Of a stretch of 64,000 nt of DNA, positions 19,745 through 29,628 are shown in pieces. The translations under genes and the position numbers were made by a program. How positions within the stretch are numbered: the stretch's first letter is position 1; every line of letters starts with the position of its first letter. The notes beneath the pieces were generated by a model. The model did not search any database and had not been told where the DNA came from. It worked only from the letters and a program-made list of their open reading frames with translations. Where the stretch lies: NCBI GenBank assembly GCA_043809315.1, contig JAZDDX010000017.1, positions 98,075 through 162,074 on the forward strand, given 5' to 3'. This DNA comes from Pseudomonadota bacterium. GTDB lineage: Bacteria > Bdellovibrionota_G > JALEGL01 > DATDPG01.

Positions 19745-20323
19745 ATGCGTTTCGGAACGATTTGGATGGCAATTCTGGGACTCGCGTTGATCGGGTGTGT
19801 GGCGGAGACGAACCGGGTCGACATCGCGACCGACGAGGGGGGGGATACCGAGACCTCGAGCAAGGATCTCGTGACGGTCGCGCAGAACATGTCGCGGTCG
19901 CTGGTTCAGCTGCCGCAGATCTCGAGCGCCAAAACCCCGCCGCGGATCGCGTTTGCCGACGTCAAGAACGAGACGAACGAGATCATCAACAAGAACATGT
20001 TCATCGAGAAGATGCGCACACTTCTTCTGAAGAACGCGGGCGGACGGATGATCTTCCTGGATCGTGAAATCAGCGAACAGATCTCGACCGAACGAAACTC
20101 GAAGCGGAGCGGCCAGCTGGGAAGTTCCGGCTCCAAGATCCGCTCCGGCGCCGACTTCTTCCTGACCGGCAAACTCTCCTCGATCGACAAGCAGGCCGGA
20201 GGAAAACGCTCGACTTATACCCGGTATGCGTTCCGCCTGACCGACGCCGAATCGTCCGACATCCTCTGGGAGGATGAGTACGAGGTAAAGAAGGTCGGAT
20301 CGGCCGGTTGGTACGATCGTTAA
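19745..20323 (+). CDS. LpoB-like lipoprotein (PBP activator / CsgG-like fold)
   Basis: Lipobox LIGC; VKNETNE, GADFFLTGKL, LTDAESSDILW. Confidence 0.75.
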   Translation: MRFGTIWMAILGLALIGCVAETNRVDIATDEGGDTETSSKDLVTVAQNMSRSLVQLPQISSAKTPPRIAFADVKNETNEIINKNMFIEKMRTLLLKNAGGRMIFLDREISEQISTERNSKRSGQLGSSGSKIRSGADFFLTGKLSSIDKQAGGKRSTYTRYAFRLTDAESSDILWEDEYEVKKVGSAGWYDR

Positions 20324-20327
20324 GACG

Positions 20328-21479
20328 TTGAGGTTTCTCGCCGCAGCTCTCCTGCTGTTGCTGCTCGGCTGCAGCACGCAGCTGTCGCCGTCGACCGTTC
20401 GGGCCTATTACTCCTGCAACTACGGGCCGGTCGTATCCGAACTCAAGGCGAAGGCGAAGGAGGATGGGAAGGATTATGCCCTCTACAACCTCAATCTCTT
20501 GAGCGCCGCTCAGGGAGCCGGGGATCGGGAGACCGCGAAACAAGCCTTCCTGAACGCGCAACGCCTCATGTGGAGTACGGAGGCGGGGAAGGGACGGGGG
20601 ACCGCGAGCCTGGTTTCCGCGGAATCGATCAAGATCTTCAAAGGGGAGCCGTTCGAAAAATCGATGGCGGCAATCTACGGCGGGATCCTTTTCTTCAATG
20701 AAGGGGACTTCGATAACGCCCGCGCCTCGTTTGGTAAGGCGACGATGGCGATCCAGCAGAAGGAGGAACACCCGAACGACTTCGCCGTGGCGTACTTCCT
20801 TCAGGCATTGTCGTTCCTGAAGAACGGAGACACGGACAACGCGAAGATCGCATTGGAACGAGCTAAAAAGGCCTACCCGAACAATCCGTATCTCGACGTG
20901 AGGAAGCTCAAGTCGAGCAATGCCTTCTTCGTGATCGAACTCGGACGTGGACCGGAAAGGTTTCGGACCGGTCCCGGGGCGAGCCTGGCCGATTGGCGCC
21001 GTCGCTCGTACCCCGAACAAGGGGCGGCGGTCTTTGTGGATGACGAGGAGGTCGGCCGGGCGCAGGAGGCGGGGGACCTGACCTACCAGGCGACTACAAA
21101 GGGATGGATGAAGAAAGACACGGTCCAGGTCACCAAAGGGGTGATGAGGGATGCCTCGATCGTGACCGCCGTCGTCGCGGCCGATGTCGCGGCCAATGCG
21201 AAAAACAAGAAGGATCGCGAGACCGCCGCGTGGGTCGCCCTGGGAGCGGGGCTCTTCGCCCTGGCGAACCAGTCTCAGGCGGACATCCGCCAGTGGGAGT
21301 TCCTTCCGGACCGGCTCCATGTCGCTGCAGTCCGTCTGTCCCCCGGTCCGCATAGGCTCAGGGTGGTTTTTTATGGAACCGGAGGGGTTCCGATTTCCGG
21401 ATATGACAAGACCTGGTATTACAACCCTGCGGCCCCCGACGAGGAGAAGATTTTCCTGGTTCGGAGCGGTCCTTGTTGA
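20328..21479 (+). CDS. TPR-containing lipoprotein (COG3014-like)
   Basis: Lipobox LLGC; FKGEPFEK, TPR helices, ADIRQWEFLP. Confidence 0.75.
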   Translation: MRFLAAALLLLLLGCSTQLSPSTVRAYYSCNYGPVVSELKAKAKEDGKDYALYNLNLLSAAQGAGDRETAKQAFLNAQRLMWSTEAGKGRGTASLVSAESIKIFKGEPFEKSMAAIYGGILFFNEGDFDNARASFGKATMAIQQKEEHPNDFAVAYFLQALSFLKNGDTDNAKIALERAKKAYPNNPYLDVRKLKSSNAFFVIELGRGPERFRTGPGASLADWRRRSYPEQGAAVFVDDEEVGRAQEAGDLTYQATTKGWMKKDTVQVTKGVMRDASIVTAVVAADVAANAKNKKDRETAAWVALGAGLFALANQSQADIRQWEFLPDRLHVAAVRLSPGPHRLRVVFYGTGGVPISGYDKTWYYNPAAPDEEKIFLVRSGPC

Positions 21480-21493
21480 AAGAGGAGGTTTCC

Positions 21494-21892
21494 ATGCGTT
21501 CGAAAATCGTGGCGTTCGCCGTCGTATCGTTCCTGGCCCTCGCATGCGGGCCGTACAAGCCGGGGGTGAACACCGCCCCGATGCAAGAGAAGGAGAAGAT
21601 CGTCCTTCTCGACCACGGCCTCACCTACTATCTGAATTTCGTCAAGGAGGGGATCTCGCGCCTTCCGGGCGGGCAGCTCCAGGTGAAGCTCGAGGTGGAG
21701 AACAAGAGGGACAAGGATGTCTGGACCGATGTCCAGGTGATCTTCCGCGGGGAGGACGGGTTCGAGATCGAGAAGACCGACTGGCAGCCGTTCCTCTTCC
21801 ACCGCCGGACGGTGACACTCTACCAGCAGAACTCGCTGAACACGGGCGCCGCCGACTACCGGATCCTGATCCGGGACGCGAAGAGTAACTGA
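21494..21892 (+). CDS. YcfL/DUF1425-like lipoprotein
   Basis: AGGAGG RBS, lipobox ALAC, DGFEI...W...ADYRILI beta-sandwich pattern, LpoB-like context. Confidence 0.7.
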   Translation: MRSKIVAFAVVSFLALACGPYKPGVNTAPMQEKEKIVLLDHGLTYYLNFVKEGISRLPGGQLQVKLEVENKRDKDVWTDVQVIFRGEDGFEIEKTDWQPFLFHRRTVTLYQQNSLNTGAADYRILIRDAKSN

Positions 21893-21897
21893 CGGCC

Positions 21898-22581
21898 ATG
21901 AGACGCCTAGCGATCGTATCGGCGGCAATCGCCGCCGTGGTTCTCTGCGGTTGTCACAAGAAGCCAATCCCGTACTCCACTCCGCCGCCGGTCACGGTCC
22001 GACCGACGCAGCCACCTGCGGGGGTGGACTACACGCAGACGCTTTTGACGGGGAAGATCTTCCAAAAGCGGGTGGCGGTGGCCCGTTTCGTGGACAACCG
22101 TCCGGTCGAGGGAAGCCCGTTTGGGCAAAAGAAACAGCTCGACGTGGTAGGCCCGGGAATCGCGATTCACCAGGAGGAGCTGGTTCCCGAAAGCGACGAA
22201 CCGAACAACTCGTTCACGCCGAAGCTGATCGACGCTCTCTCCCGGACACGACGGTTCATGCTCGTCGAGCGGAAAGACATCAACGCGATCCTGCGCGAAA
22301 ACTCGTTCGGCGAAACGAAGTGGGCCGACAAGGAGAAAAGTTCCCGGGTCGGAAAGATTCTGGGCGCGGAGGTGATCGTCACCGGTTCGATCGGGCGGAA
22401 TGAGAATCCCCAAACACGCGCCGAGGGTCCGCTTCAGCTGTTGCTCCGGATGTACGAGACCGAGACCGGCCGGATCATTGGCACGGCCAAGGGGAACGGG
22501 CGGACCGAGGAAGAGATGATCGACAAAGCCGTGACCGAGATCATCGGAATGATGGAGCAGACCGATGGTCCGTCGAAATAG
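21898..22581 (+). CDS. CsgG/HfaB-family lipoprotein
   Basis: Lipobox LCGC; RVAVARF, RFMLVER, GKILGAEVIVTGSI, ETETGRI. Confidence 0.8.
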   Translation: MRRLAIVSAAIAAVVLCGCHKKPIPYSTPPPVTVRPTQPPAGVDYTQTLLTGKIFQKRVAVARFVDNRPVEGSPFGQKKQLDVVGPGIAIHQEELVPESDEPNNSFTPKLIDALSRTRRFMLVERKDINAILRENSFGETKWADKEKSSRVGKILGAEVIVTGSIGRNENPQTRAEGPLQLLLRMYETETGRIIGTAKGNGRTEEEMIDKAVTEIIGMMEQTDGPSK

Positions 22582-22594
22582 GGCGACGATTCGG

Positions 22595-23332
22595 ATGCCG
22601 TATCCTGTGTTCTATCGGGTCTTTTTCTTGTTCCCGTTTCTATTAACCGCTTTCTCAGCCTGTGTTTCTACCGATACGGTTAAATCGTCCAAAGTCGATT
22701 TTGACACCATTAACGCGAAATACACGCTCTTCCAAACTCAGGACACCGGTCGAGAAGTGACGGTTAAGTTGGAATTCCGAGTCGGAGGAACCACTGGAAC
22801 GACGGTCGAGTTTGACGAAGGGGAGAAGTTCCTCGTCAACGGTGAAACCATTCCATTCTATCTAGGTGGGACGAGCGCGATCAATACGGAGGGGAGTTAT
22901 TACCAACGCGTGATCGAACTTGATGACGCGACAGAGACCCTCGACATCACGTTTATGGATAAACAAGCCGTGGAACACAAGGAAGTGGTCAGTCGGGCAC
23001 GACCCGTTGCCTTCACATCTGTATCGGATGGAGATGCCATCGATATTACGAAACCCCTACAGATCACGTTTGCTCCAGCCATCGAGGCATCAGGTGAACT
23101 GGACTGGAGAGATACCGTGGACAACAAAGGTAACTACCAGGATCATATATCGACGGATACAGGTTCAGGAACGTTTGATTTCTCGGCTCAAAACATCACC
23201 GGGAAGAACGTGATTGCCGTATTCTTGAAAGCAAGAGTTTCCAAAACCTCGTCTGTGCCTCCGGAGGGGTTTGTCCAAGGAAGCGTAAGCTCCGGCTACG
23301 AAACCAAGACGCTGACCCTCCACCTGCCGTAA
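22595..23332 (+). CDS. Hypothetical lipoprotein
   Basis: Lipobox FSAC; beta-rich; more AT-rich than the neighbours. Confidence 0.65.
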   Translation: MPYPVFYRVFFLFPFLLTAFSACVSTDTVKSSKVDFDTINAKYTLFQTQDTGREVTVKLEFRVGGTTGTTVEFDEGEKFLVNGETIPFYLGGTSAINTEGSYYQRVIELDDATETLDITFMDKQAVEHKEVVSRARPVAFTSVSDGDAIDITKPLQITFAPAIEASGELDWRDTVDNKGNYQDHISTDTGSGTFDFSAQNITGKNVIAVFLKARVSKTSSVPPEGFVQGSVSSGYETKTLTLHLP

Positions 23333-23437
23333 GGCAAAGGATCAGACTGACCCGAGACAGACGAGGGATCCCCGACGGGACCGCCCCGAGAGTCCGTCGC
23401 AATAGCCGGCGCTGGACATCGGCCTACAATGTAGTTT

Positions 23438-23664
23438 GTGATCTTCGGGTGGGATCCGGATAAGGCGCACAGCTGTCGATCGTCGATCCTTCTTTTTCGG
23501 ACAAGGAGGAGAGATGGGTGACAGTCGGGCGTTCGGCGGACCGTCGGGTGCTCTTGGTGGTCCACACGTACCGGATTCGCGTGGGTGAGGATGAGATCAT
23601 TCGAATCATTTCGGCACGATCGGCGACTCGAAAGGAGGGAACACAGTATGAAGAAGGAATATGA
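23438..23664 (+). pseudogene. BrnT-family toxin pseudogene (internal deletion with frameshift)
   Basis: GTG-IFGWDPDKAH in one frame, then LSIVDPSFSDKEERWVTVG...VLLVVHTY...IRIISARSATRKE in another from ~23473. The NxxKHGxxF segment is missing. Confidence 0.8.
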
Positions 23665-23863
23665 TTTCTCAAAAGGGGTTCGGGGACGGTTCCACAGACC
23701 CAAGAAGATCCAGAAAACCATTCGGATCGACGAAGGGGTGCTGAAATTCTACCAGAGGCTTGCGAAGAAGGTGGGAGTGCCCTACCAGACATTGATCAAC
23801 CTAACCTTGCGTAAATTCTCGGCGGAACGAGGACTTCTCATCATCAACGCCGAAAAGGCCTGA
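23648..23863 (+). CDS. BrnA-family antitoxin
   Basis: AAGGAGG RBS; MKKEYDFSKG, TIRIDEGVL, VPYQTLIN. Confidence 0.9.
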   Translation: MKKEYDFSKGVRGRFHRPKKIQKTIRIDEGVLKFYQRLAKKVGVPYQTLINLTLRKFSAERGLLIINAEKA

Positions 23864-23876
23864 AAGGGTTCGGTGA

Positions 23877-24662
23877 TCATGAAAAGAACCGTATCGCAAG
23901 GGGCGCGAAGAGAAGCAGGAAGACGACCGGGAAGATCAGACCGATCAACGGAGCCAGGAGTTTGATCGGCGCCCGCTGGGCCGTCTCCTCCGCTTGCCGA
24001 TATAATTCCCGCCGCAGACTCTCCGACTGAAGACGGAGTAATCCGCCGAGGCTTGAACCCAATTCCTCCGACTGGGATACGGAGGTTGAAAGAAGTTGAA
24101 GAGGTGCCACCCCGGTCCGTTCCGCCAGCCTTGCAAACGACCGGCTTCGCGTGGCCCCAACCCGAATCGACCGTAGTGTGATCTCGAACTCCTCTCGCAG
24201 CGGGTTCGGTCGGTCCCTCACAATCACTTCTTCAATTGCAGCAATCAGGTCGAGCCCCGCCTCGAGTGCCAGCGTGATCAGATCCAAATAATACGGGAGA
24301 TTCAGGAGAATCGATCGTTGCCGTTTCTGAATGGCTCGTCGCAGTTGGAGACGCGGCCAGAGGACACCGAGAACGCCGAGTGTGATCGGGAGCAGAGTGG
24401 GGGAGCCGAGAAGAGTCAACAGAACTCCAAATACCAAGCCGCCGATGCCCGCGAAGATCTGTCGCAAAATGAAACGAGATTCCTTCCCGGGCGTTCCGGC
24501 GCGCTCGAGCAATACCGTGAGGTGCGAACGATAACGGGAATTGATTTCGATTCGGTGATGAATGGAGCGACAGGTGCGCGTGGTGAATTTACTGAAGTCG
24601 AGATTTCGTAACGCAAGCCATGAACCGAAGCCCAGTAGAATCGCCGCGAGCCCTAGGCTCAC
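23877..24662 (-). CDS. tadC: TadC-like inner-membrane platform protein (T2SS F family)
   Basis: LPYYLDLITLALEAGL, AQRAPIKLLAPL; its GTG overlaps the tadB stop. Confidence 0.85.
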   Translation of the reverse strand: MSLGLAAILLGFGSWLALRNLDFSKFTTRTCRSIHHRIEINSRYRSHLTVLLERAGTPGKESRFILRQIFAGIGGLVFGVLLTLLGSPTLLPITLGVLGVLWPRLQLRRAIQKRQRSILLNLPYYLDLITLALEAGLDLIAAIEEVIVRDRPNPLREEFEITLRSIRVGATRSRSFARLAERTGVAPLQLLSTSVSQSEELGSSLGGLLRLQSESLRRELYRQAEETAQRAPIKLLAPLIGLIFPVVFLLLFAPLAIRFFS

Positions 24663-25513
24663 TGAAGTGGCTCCGCGCGGCTGATCTTGTGGATCCAGAT
24701 CCCACCGATCGTGAGGGCGACTGCCGCAACGAGAAGCAGAAGCCGGCCCCCACCGCTCTCGAAGAGAGGGGCGAGGTACTCCGGTGCCATGAGCTGAAGG
24801 ATCGCGGTCAGCGCAACCGGCATCGCGATCGCCACCCAAGCTTGGAGTCTTCCCTGCGCGGTCAGAGTGGCGACGCGATCGCGGAGTGCGGCGCGAGCCA
24901 GGACCGTCTGCGCCACGCGGTCGAACGCCTCCGCGAGGTTCGAGCCGGCGCGCGTCGAGATCTGAACCGCCCGGACCATGATCTCCAGATCGCGGAACGG
25001 ATACCGTTCGGCGAAGTGATCCAACGCCGCTTCGAGTGGAACCCCGAGGCGAACCTCTTTCAAGACGAGCTCGAACTCCTGCGAAATGGGAGGGGAGGCA
25101 GTTTCGCTCAACGCTTCGAGCGCTCGTTCGAACGTGTGCCCTGCGCGAAGCGTGGCCGAAAGGGTCGGAAGAACGGTCTGGAGCTGTCGTTCGAGCTTCC
25201 TTTGGCGGGAGGATTGAACCCATCGAATCAGGCGTTCCGGCCCGAACCAGATCGCGGGGAGCAATAGAACGAGGGGAATCGCGGATCGAAGAAGGAGCGA
25301 ACCGGAGATCGCGACGAAGAGGCCGGTTCGCAGGAGCTTTTTCATTCTCGTGGGTTCGATGAAAAAGAACTCCTTTGCGAGACCGATTTCGACCAGCTTG
25401 AGCCGGTCCCGTTCGAGTCCAGCGAAGCGCTTCTCGAGCGATCGTTGCATCGGGCGGACCAAGAGGGAGAGGGTGAGTCCGAAACAGAGGATGCTAAGCC
25501 ACAGCATGGGCAA
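24659..25513 (-). CDS. tadB: TadB-like inner-membrane platform protein
   Basis: LRAGH, EVRLGVPLE, GSNLAEAF, TLTAQGRL. Confidence 0.88.
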   Translation of the reverse strand: MPMLWLSILCFGLTLSLLVRPMQRSLEKRFAGLERDRLKLVEIGLAKEFFFIEPTRMKKLLRTGLFVAISGSLLLRSAIPLVLLLPAIWFGPERLIRWVQSSRQRKLERQLQTVLPTLSATLRAGHTFERALEALSETASPPISQEFELVLKEVRLGVPLEAALDHFAERYPFRDLEIMVRAVQISTRAGSNLAEAFDRVAQTVLARAALRDRVATLTAQGRLQAWVAIAMPVALTAILQLMAPEYLAPLFESGGGRLLLLVAAVALTIGGIWIHKISRAEPLQ

Positions 25514-26747
25514 ATGCCTCCCGCTCCTGCGGGGAAAGATGTTCCGCGAACCGTGGCAACCGGTGGCACGATTCGAGGTTGCTGTTTCCGGGCGACCGGT
25601 GAAACAGATTCTGCGTCACGATCGTCCCCTCCTCGGTGCCGCAGACTTCCGTGATCTGCGTGATGGCGCGAGTCCCGTCCCGCTGGCGGGCGACGAAGAC
25701 GATCAAGTCAAGGGCTCCGGCGATCTGATCCCGGATCGCTCGGAGGGGGAGGTCGAGACCGGCCATCAGGACCATCGTCTCGATCCGGAGAAGAGAATCG
25801 CGCGGCGAGTTCGCGTGGGCGGTCGTCATCGAACCGTCGTGCCCGGTGTTCATCGCCTGCAGCATGTCGAGAGCCTCGCCTCCGCGGCACTCCCCCACCA
25901 CAATCCGGTCCGGGCGCATCCGGAGGGCGTTCCGGACCAGATCGCGGATCGTGATCTCGCCCCGCCCCTCGACGTTCGGCGGACGAGCCTCGAGCGAGAT
26001 GACGTGATCTTGCGGCAGGCGGAGTTCGGCGGCGTCCTCGATGGTCACAATCCGCTCGCCGGACGGAATGAATCCGGCGAGGGCGTTCAAGAGCGTCGTC
26101 TTCCCCGATCCCGTTCCACCGGCGATCAGGAGGTTCCGCCGGCCCCGAACGCATGCTTCGAGAAACGTCGCGGCTACCTTCGAGATCGATCCGAGGTCGA
26201 TCAGCGTCGCGATCGAAAGGGGGTCGCGGGAGAACTTCCGGATCGTGAGGATGGGACCGTTCAGGGAAAGTGGGGGGATGATGACGTTGACGCGCGACCC
26301 GTCGGCGAGGCGGGCATCGACCATCGGGGATGATTCATCGATTCGGCGGGAGAGGGGGGCCACGATTCGCGCGATTACCGCACGAAGCGAGCTCTCGCCG
26401 GCGAATGGGGCTCCCGTCCGTTCGATTCGTCCGTTCCGTTCGACAAAGACATCACTCGGGCCGTTCACCATGATCTCCGTGACCGACGGATCCCGGAGAA
26501 GACGCTCGATCGGTCCCAAACCGATGATCTCGTCGACCAGCTCCGCTACGAATGAGGAATCTTCCGCGAGCGACCCGACCGGGGAGAACCGAGCGAGCGT
26601 TTCGCGCACCGCCGCGCCGATCTTCGTGCGGAGGAGTTCCCCCCGGAGTTGCGTTTCATCGGAACGACGCAGATCGGCGATCTCGATCATATGGGCGTGG
26701 ACGTGGTGGCGAGCTTTCTCCCGGATCTCTTGCGCCGTCGTTTCCAT
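25494..26747 (-). CDS. tadA: TadA/CpaF pilus assembly ATPase
   Basis: [55 protein letters not shown]. Confidence 0.95.
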   Translation of the reverse strand: METTAQEIREKARHHVHAHMIEIADLRRSDETQLRGELLRTKIGAAVRETLARFSPVGSLAEDSSFVAELVDEIIGLGPIERLLRDPSVTEIMVNGPSDVFVERNGRIERTGAPFAGESSLRAVIARIVAPLSRRIDESSPMVDARLADGSRVNVIIPPLSLNGPILTIRKFSRDPLSIATLIDLGSISKVAATFLEACVRGRRNLLIAGGTGSGKTTLLNALAGFIPSGERIVTIEDAAELRLPQDHVISLEARPPNVEGRGEITIRDLVRNALRMRPDRIVVGECRGGEALDMLQAMNTGHDGSMTTAHANSPRDSLLRIETMVLMAGLDLPLRAIRDQIAGALDLIVFVARQRDGTRAITQITEVCGTEEGTIVTQNLFHRSPGNSNLESCHRLPRFAEHLSPQEREAFAHAVA

Positions 26748-26749
26748 GC

Positions 26750-28135
26750 TCAATCGAGAATCGAGAATTCGATCTCCTCGGCCGCCTTCTGATCCGCGGC
26801 GTGGGCCCGTCGGATCGCGTTTTTCGGTTCGGTGGCCTCCGCTGCTCCGGGATGGGGGGTTAAGAAAACCAGGAACTCGCTCTCGTTGTTTTGGAACTGC
26901 CGGCTCTTGAACAGCTCCCCCAGGATCGGAATATGGCCGAAGAACGGGATCTTCGAGACGTTCTTACTCGACCGGTTTTCGATCAGGCCGCCCAGAACCA
27001 CTGTTTCCCCGAGGTTCAGGTCAGCTGAAGTCTTCACGTTGTGTTCGAGAAAGGCGGGGAACCCTTGCACCGCTTTCGAATAATCGACGTCGCTGATCTT
27101 TGATTCGATCTCCATCGAGACGTGCCGGGAACGATCGACGGTTGCTTTCACCTGGAGCTGGATCCCGTACGGCTTGAAGATGACGTTCGCGGTCCGCTCG
27201 GAGACCAGAGGGATCGGAACCTCCCCCCCGGCCATGAAAGAGGCGGGGGATCCACTGCGGCAGAGGAGTTTCGGGTTGGCGAGGATCCGGGCGAACCCTT
27301 TCTCGATCAGACCGAGAAGGGAGGCGGTCGCCCCTTCCCCGATCGTCACGCTGGAAGATGGGGCTCTCCCCTGGAGGGTGAATGTTCCCGCAGCGTCGAT
27401 CTGCCCCGGTAACCGAAGTCCCGCCTTCAGCGCCGAGCTTCGATGCACCTCCATCATCTTGACGTCGACGAAGAGCAGTCGATCCGGTTCGAGTCCGACG
27501 GTGAGGTGGTTCGAGATCTTGCTGAAGATCGATCGGGCGATCCGGAACGCGCGATCCGCGTCTGTTGGTCGCGCCGCCTCCCCTTCGAGAAAAAGCGTGT
27601 CCCCCGCGGGATGGACCGCCACGCCGGTCACACCGGCGGCGGCGAGGGCCGCGGCGATCTCCCTGGCGAAATATTCCAGCGCTCGCGGATGGACGACCGT
27701 CAGATTAACCACGCCAGGGTGGAGGGCGACGACCTTCCCGACCCGTTCCAGATCCTTGCTTCGGTACAGCTGACCGTCGATCACGACCCGTCCGCCGTTG
27801 GCCCGAACGACCACTCCCTCGATGCCAGCCAAGAGACGGCGAACCTCGTCGAGGAGCGACTGTCCCATGCCGGTCACGCGAATGAGGTACGATCTCTTCT
27901 GTCCCGACTTCGACCAGAGGATCAGGTCCGTTGACCCGATCGCGACGCCGGTGACGATTACCTGACCGCTTTCCGGGACGGCTCGGATATCGGCGACGCG
28001 CGGATTCCCGATCGCGGCCCTCCGAAGATCAGGTGCCGCAACGACCTGCTGCCGCCCCGGGGAGAGGTGAATTACGTCACCCGCCGATGCGACGGATGGG
28101 GCGAAAAGGCTTAAGATGACGAGCCAGGGTTTCAA
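26750..28135 (-). CDS. rcpA: RcpA/CpaC secretin with BON-like domains
   Basis: AIGNPRVAD N-domain, ILANPKL, FMAGGEVPIP, IPILGELFKS. TTG start inferred. Confidence 0.88.
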   Translation of the reverse strand: MKPWLVILSLFAPSVASAGDVIHLSPGRQQVVAAPDLRRAAIGNPRVADIRAVPESGQVIVTGVAIGSTDLILWSKSGQKRSYLIRVTGMGQSLLDEVRRLLAGIEGVVVRANGGRVVIDGQLYRSKDLERVGKVVALHPGVVNLTVVHPRALEYFAREIAAALAAAGVTGVAVHPAGDTLFLEGEAARPTDADRAFRIARSIFSKISNHLTVGLEPDRLLFVDVKMMEVHRSSALKAGLRLPGQIDAAGTFTLQGRAPSSSVTIGEGATASLLGLIEKGFARILANPKLLCRSGSPASFMAGGEVPIPLVSERTANVIFKPYGIQLQVKATVDRSRHVSMEIESKISDVDYSKAVQGFPAFLEHNVKTSADLNLGETVVLGGLIENRSSKNVSKIPFFGHIPILGELFKSRQFQNNESEFLVFLTPHPGAAEATEPKNAIRRAHAADQKAAEEIEFSILD

Positions 28136-28148
28136 CGACGTAACGGAA

Positions 28149-28165
28149 TGGCAATGATGATGCCA
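28149..28165. promoter_or_regulatory. Palindromic site reading as a sigma-54 promoter on both strands
   Basis: TGGCA-ATGATGA-TGCCA. Minus: TGGCATCATCATTGC. Plus: TGGCAATGATGATGC. Both are GG-N10-GC. Confidence 0.6.
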
Positions 28166-28225
28166 AAGGGCGGGAGAGCTAACTTCGCGATATTCGGGGG
28201 AGACGACCGGCACGAGTCGCCTGGA

Positions 28226-29062
28226 ATGCGGACCTTCGGGACCGGAATCCGGACTCTGCTCGTCTTCTTCCTGGTCCTCGGGACGGCTCACGCCTCCTCC
28301 GACGCCACGAAACGAGCGGTCGCGATCCTGGCGGCGAACTTCGATCAGGGGAGTCCCGAGATTCAGAAAAAGCTCTTACGCGAGATCGGCCTTCTCCGGG
28401 CCGACGAGTCGATTCCGTTCCTCGCGTCGGTCGCATTGAGCGAGTCGCTCGAGAACGAGATCCGGCGGGATGCACTCAAATCGATGCTGGCGGTTGACGG
28501 GTCGAAGTATCGCCCGGTCCTCGATGCGCTCAAGTCGACCGAGATCCAGACGCCGGCCGTGGTCTCGGCTCTTTTCGACATCGGTGATCCGCGCTTCGCC
28601 GAGCTGTTCGTCCGACGCGCGCTCACTCCCGATCTTCCGGAGCGCGATCTCCGGAGCGCGATCGTGAACGCCCTCGATTTCTGGGACGGTCAGGGGAAGA
28701 ATCATCCCCCGTTCGAACTCTGGCGGAAGACGAAAGCCTCGGAACAGCTGATCGCCGTCGAGGAAGAGAGCGTCGGGACGAGGCGCCTCCGGGCGGTCCA
28801 GGCGATGGGATGGGTTCGGGGCGACGGCGCCACGAACGCCCTGATCCGCCTCCTCGACTTCTCCGACCCTCAAATCGTCGCCGCTGCGATCGAAGGACTG
28901 GGGCATCGGGGGAAGGACGCCTCCCCCGCACTGGGGCGGTTCCTGATGAAGACCCAATCGGCGGAACTTCGCAGATTGGCGGTTGAATCTCTCTCCAAGA
29001 TCGGTACTCAGGCGTCGAAACGAGCCTTAAAAGCGTATCGGTCGAAGAGGACGGCCCCTTAG
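28226..29062 (+). CDS. Secreted HEAT-repeat protein
   Basis: Signal peptide ending AHA; repeats IRRDALKSM, IVAAAIEGLG, LRRLAVESLSKIG. Confidence 0.75.
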   Translation: MRTFGTGIRTLLVFFLVLGTAHASSDATKRAVAILAANFDQGSPEIQKKLLREIGLLRADESIPFLASVALSESLENEIRRDALKSMLAVDGSKYRPVLDALKSTEIQTPAVVSALFDIGDPRFAELFVRRALTPDLPERDLRSAIVNALDFWDGQGKNHPPFELWRKTKASEQLIAVEEESVGTRRLRAVQAMGWVRGDGATNALIRLLDFSDPQIVAAAIEGLGHRGKDASPALGRFLMKTQSAELRRLAVESLSKIGTQASKRALKAYRSKRTAP

Positions 29063-29628
29063 TTCGCTTCCCCTTGGGGCACGGAGGCGAGGGCGCTGAC
29101 GTCGACCCCGAGCTTCTGGATCGAGCGGGTCCAGAGCGTCTGCGCGGCGGAATCGAAGATCAGCTCCCGGTCGATCGGGGCGGTGAGCCAGCTCGCGGCG
29201 GCGATCTCCTGCTCCAGCTGCCCCGCTCCCCATCCGGCATATCCGAGGAAAAGGCGGAACCGCGGCGGGTTCGGGTTCTTCTGCTCCTCCATCAGCGCAC
29301 GGAGGACTTCCGACGAGCCGCTCAAGAAAAGCCCGCTCTCGATTTCGAGCCCTTGCGACGCGAGGGACAGGCTCTCGTGGACGACGAACCCCCGCTCGTT
29401 CTGGACCGGTCCCCCCCAATACGCCTGGATCGTCGACGGCCCTTCGATCGGTTTCCCGTCGTGCACCAGTTGGGTCACCGAAATCCCGAGCGGGCGGTTC
29501 AGGATCACCCCCATCGCCCCCTCTTTCGTGAACTCGGAGAGAAGGCTGGTCGTGCGGAAGAAGTTCGGGTCGGCCAGCTGGGGCATCGCGATCAACAAGC
29601 AGCACCGTTTCTCGGGGGAATCCGGCAA
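29059..29628 (-). CDS. YqgE/AlgH (DUF179) family protein
   Basis: LLIAMPQLADPNF, GAMGVILNRP, GGPV, LGYAGWGAGQLEQEI. Confidence 0.93.
   Translation of the reverse strand: MPDSPEKRCCLLIAMPQLADPNFFRTTSLLSEFTKEGAMGVILNRPLGISVTQLVHDGKPIEGPSTIQAYWGGPVQNERGFVVHESLSLASQGLEIESGLFLSGSSEVLRALMEEQKNPNPPRFRLFLGYAGWGAGQLEQEIAAASWLTAPIDRELIFDSAAQTLWTRSIQKLGVDVSALASVPQGEAN

Noticed and set aside
23333-23420. GC-rich hairpins with GGCAAA, considered as a c-di-GMP-I riboswitch
   Set aside because: The GAAA tetraloop and CGCAAAG elements are missing; only generic stems are present.
23877-25223. 448-aa version of tadC, and similarly extended ORFs 29183-30886, 30876-32339 and 46204-47538
   Set aside because: The N-terminal extensions overlap other real genes; downstream starts fit signal peptides, operators or stop/start overlaps.
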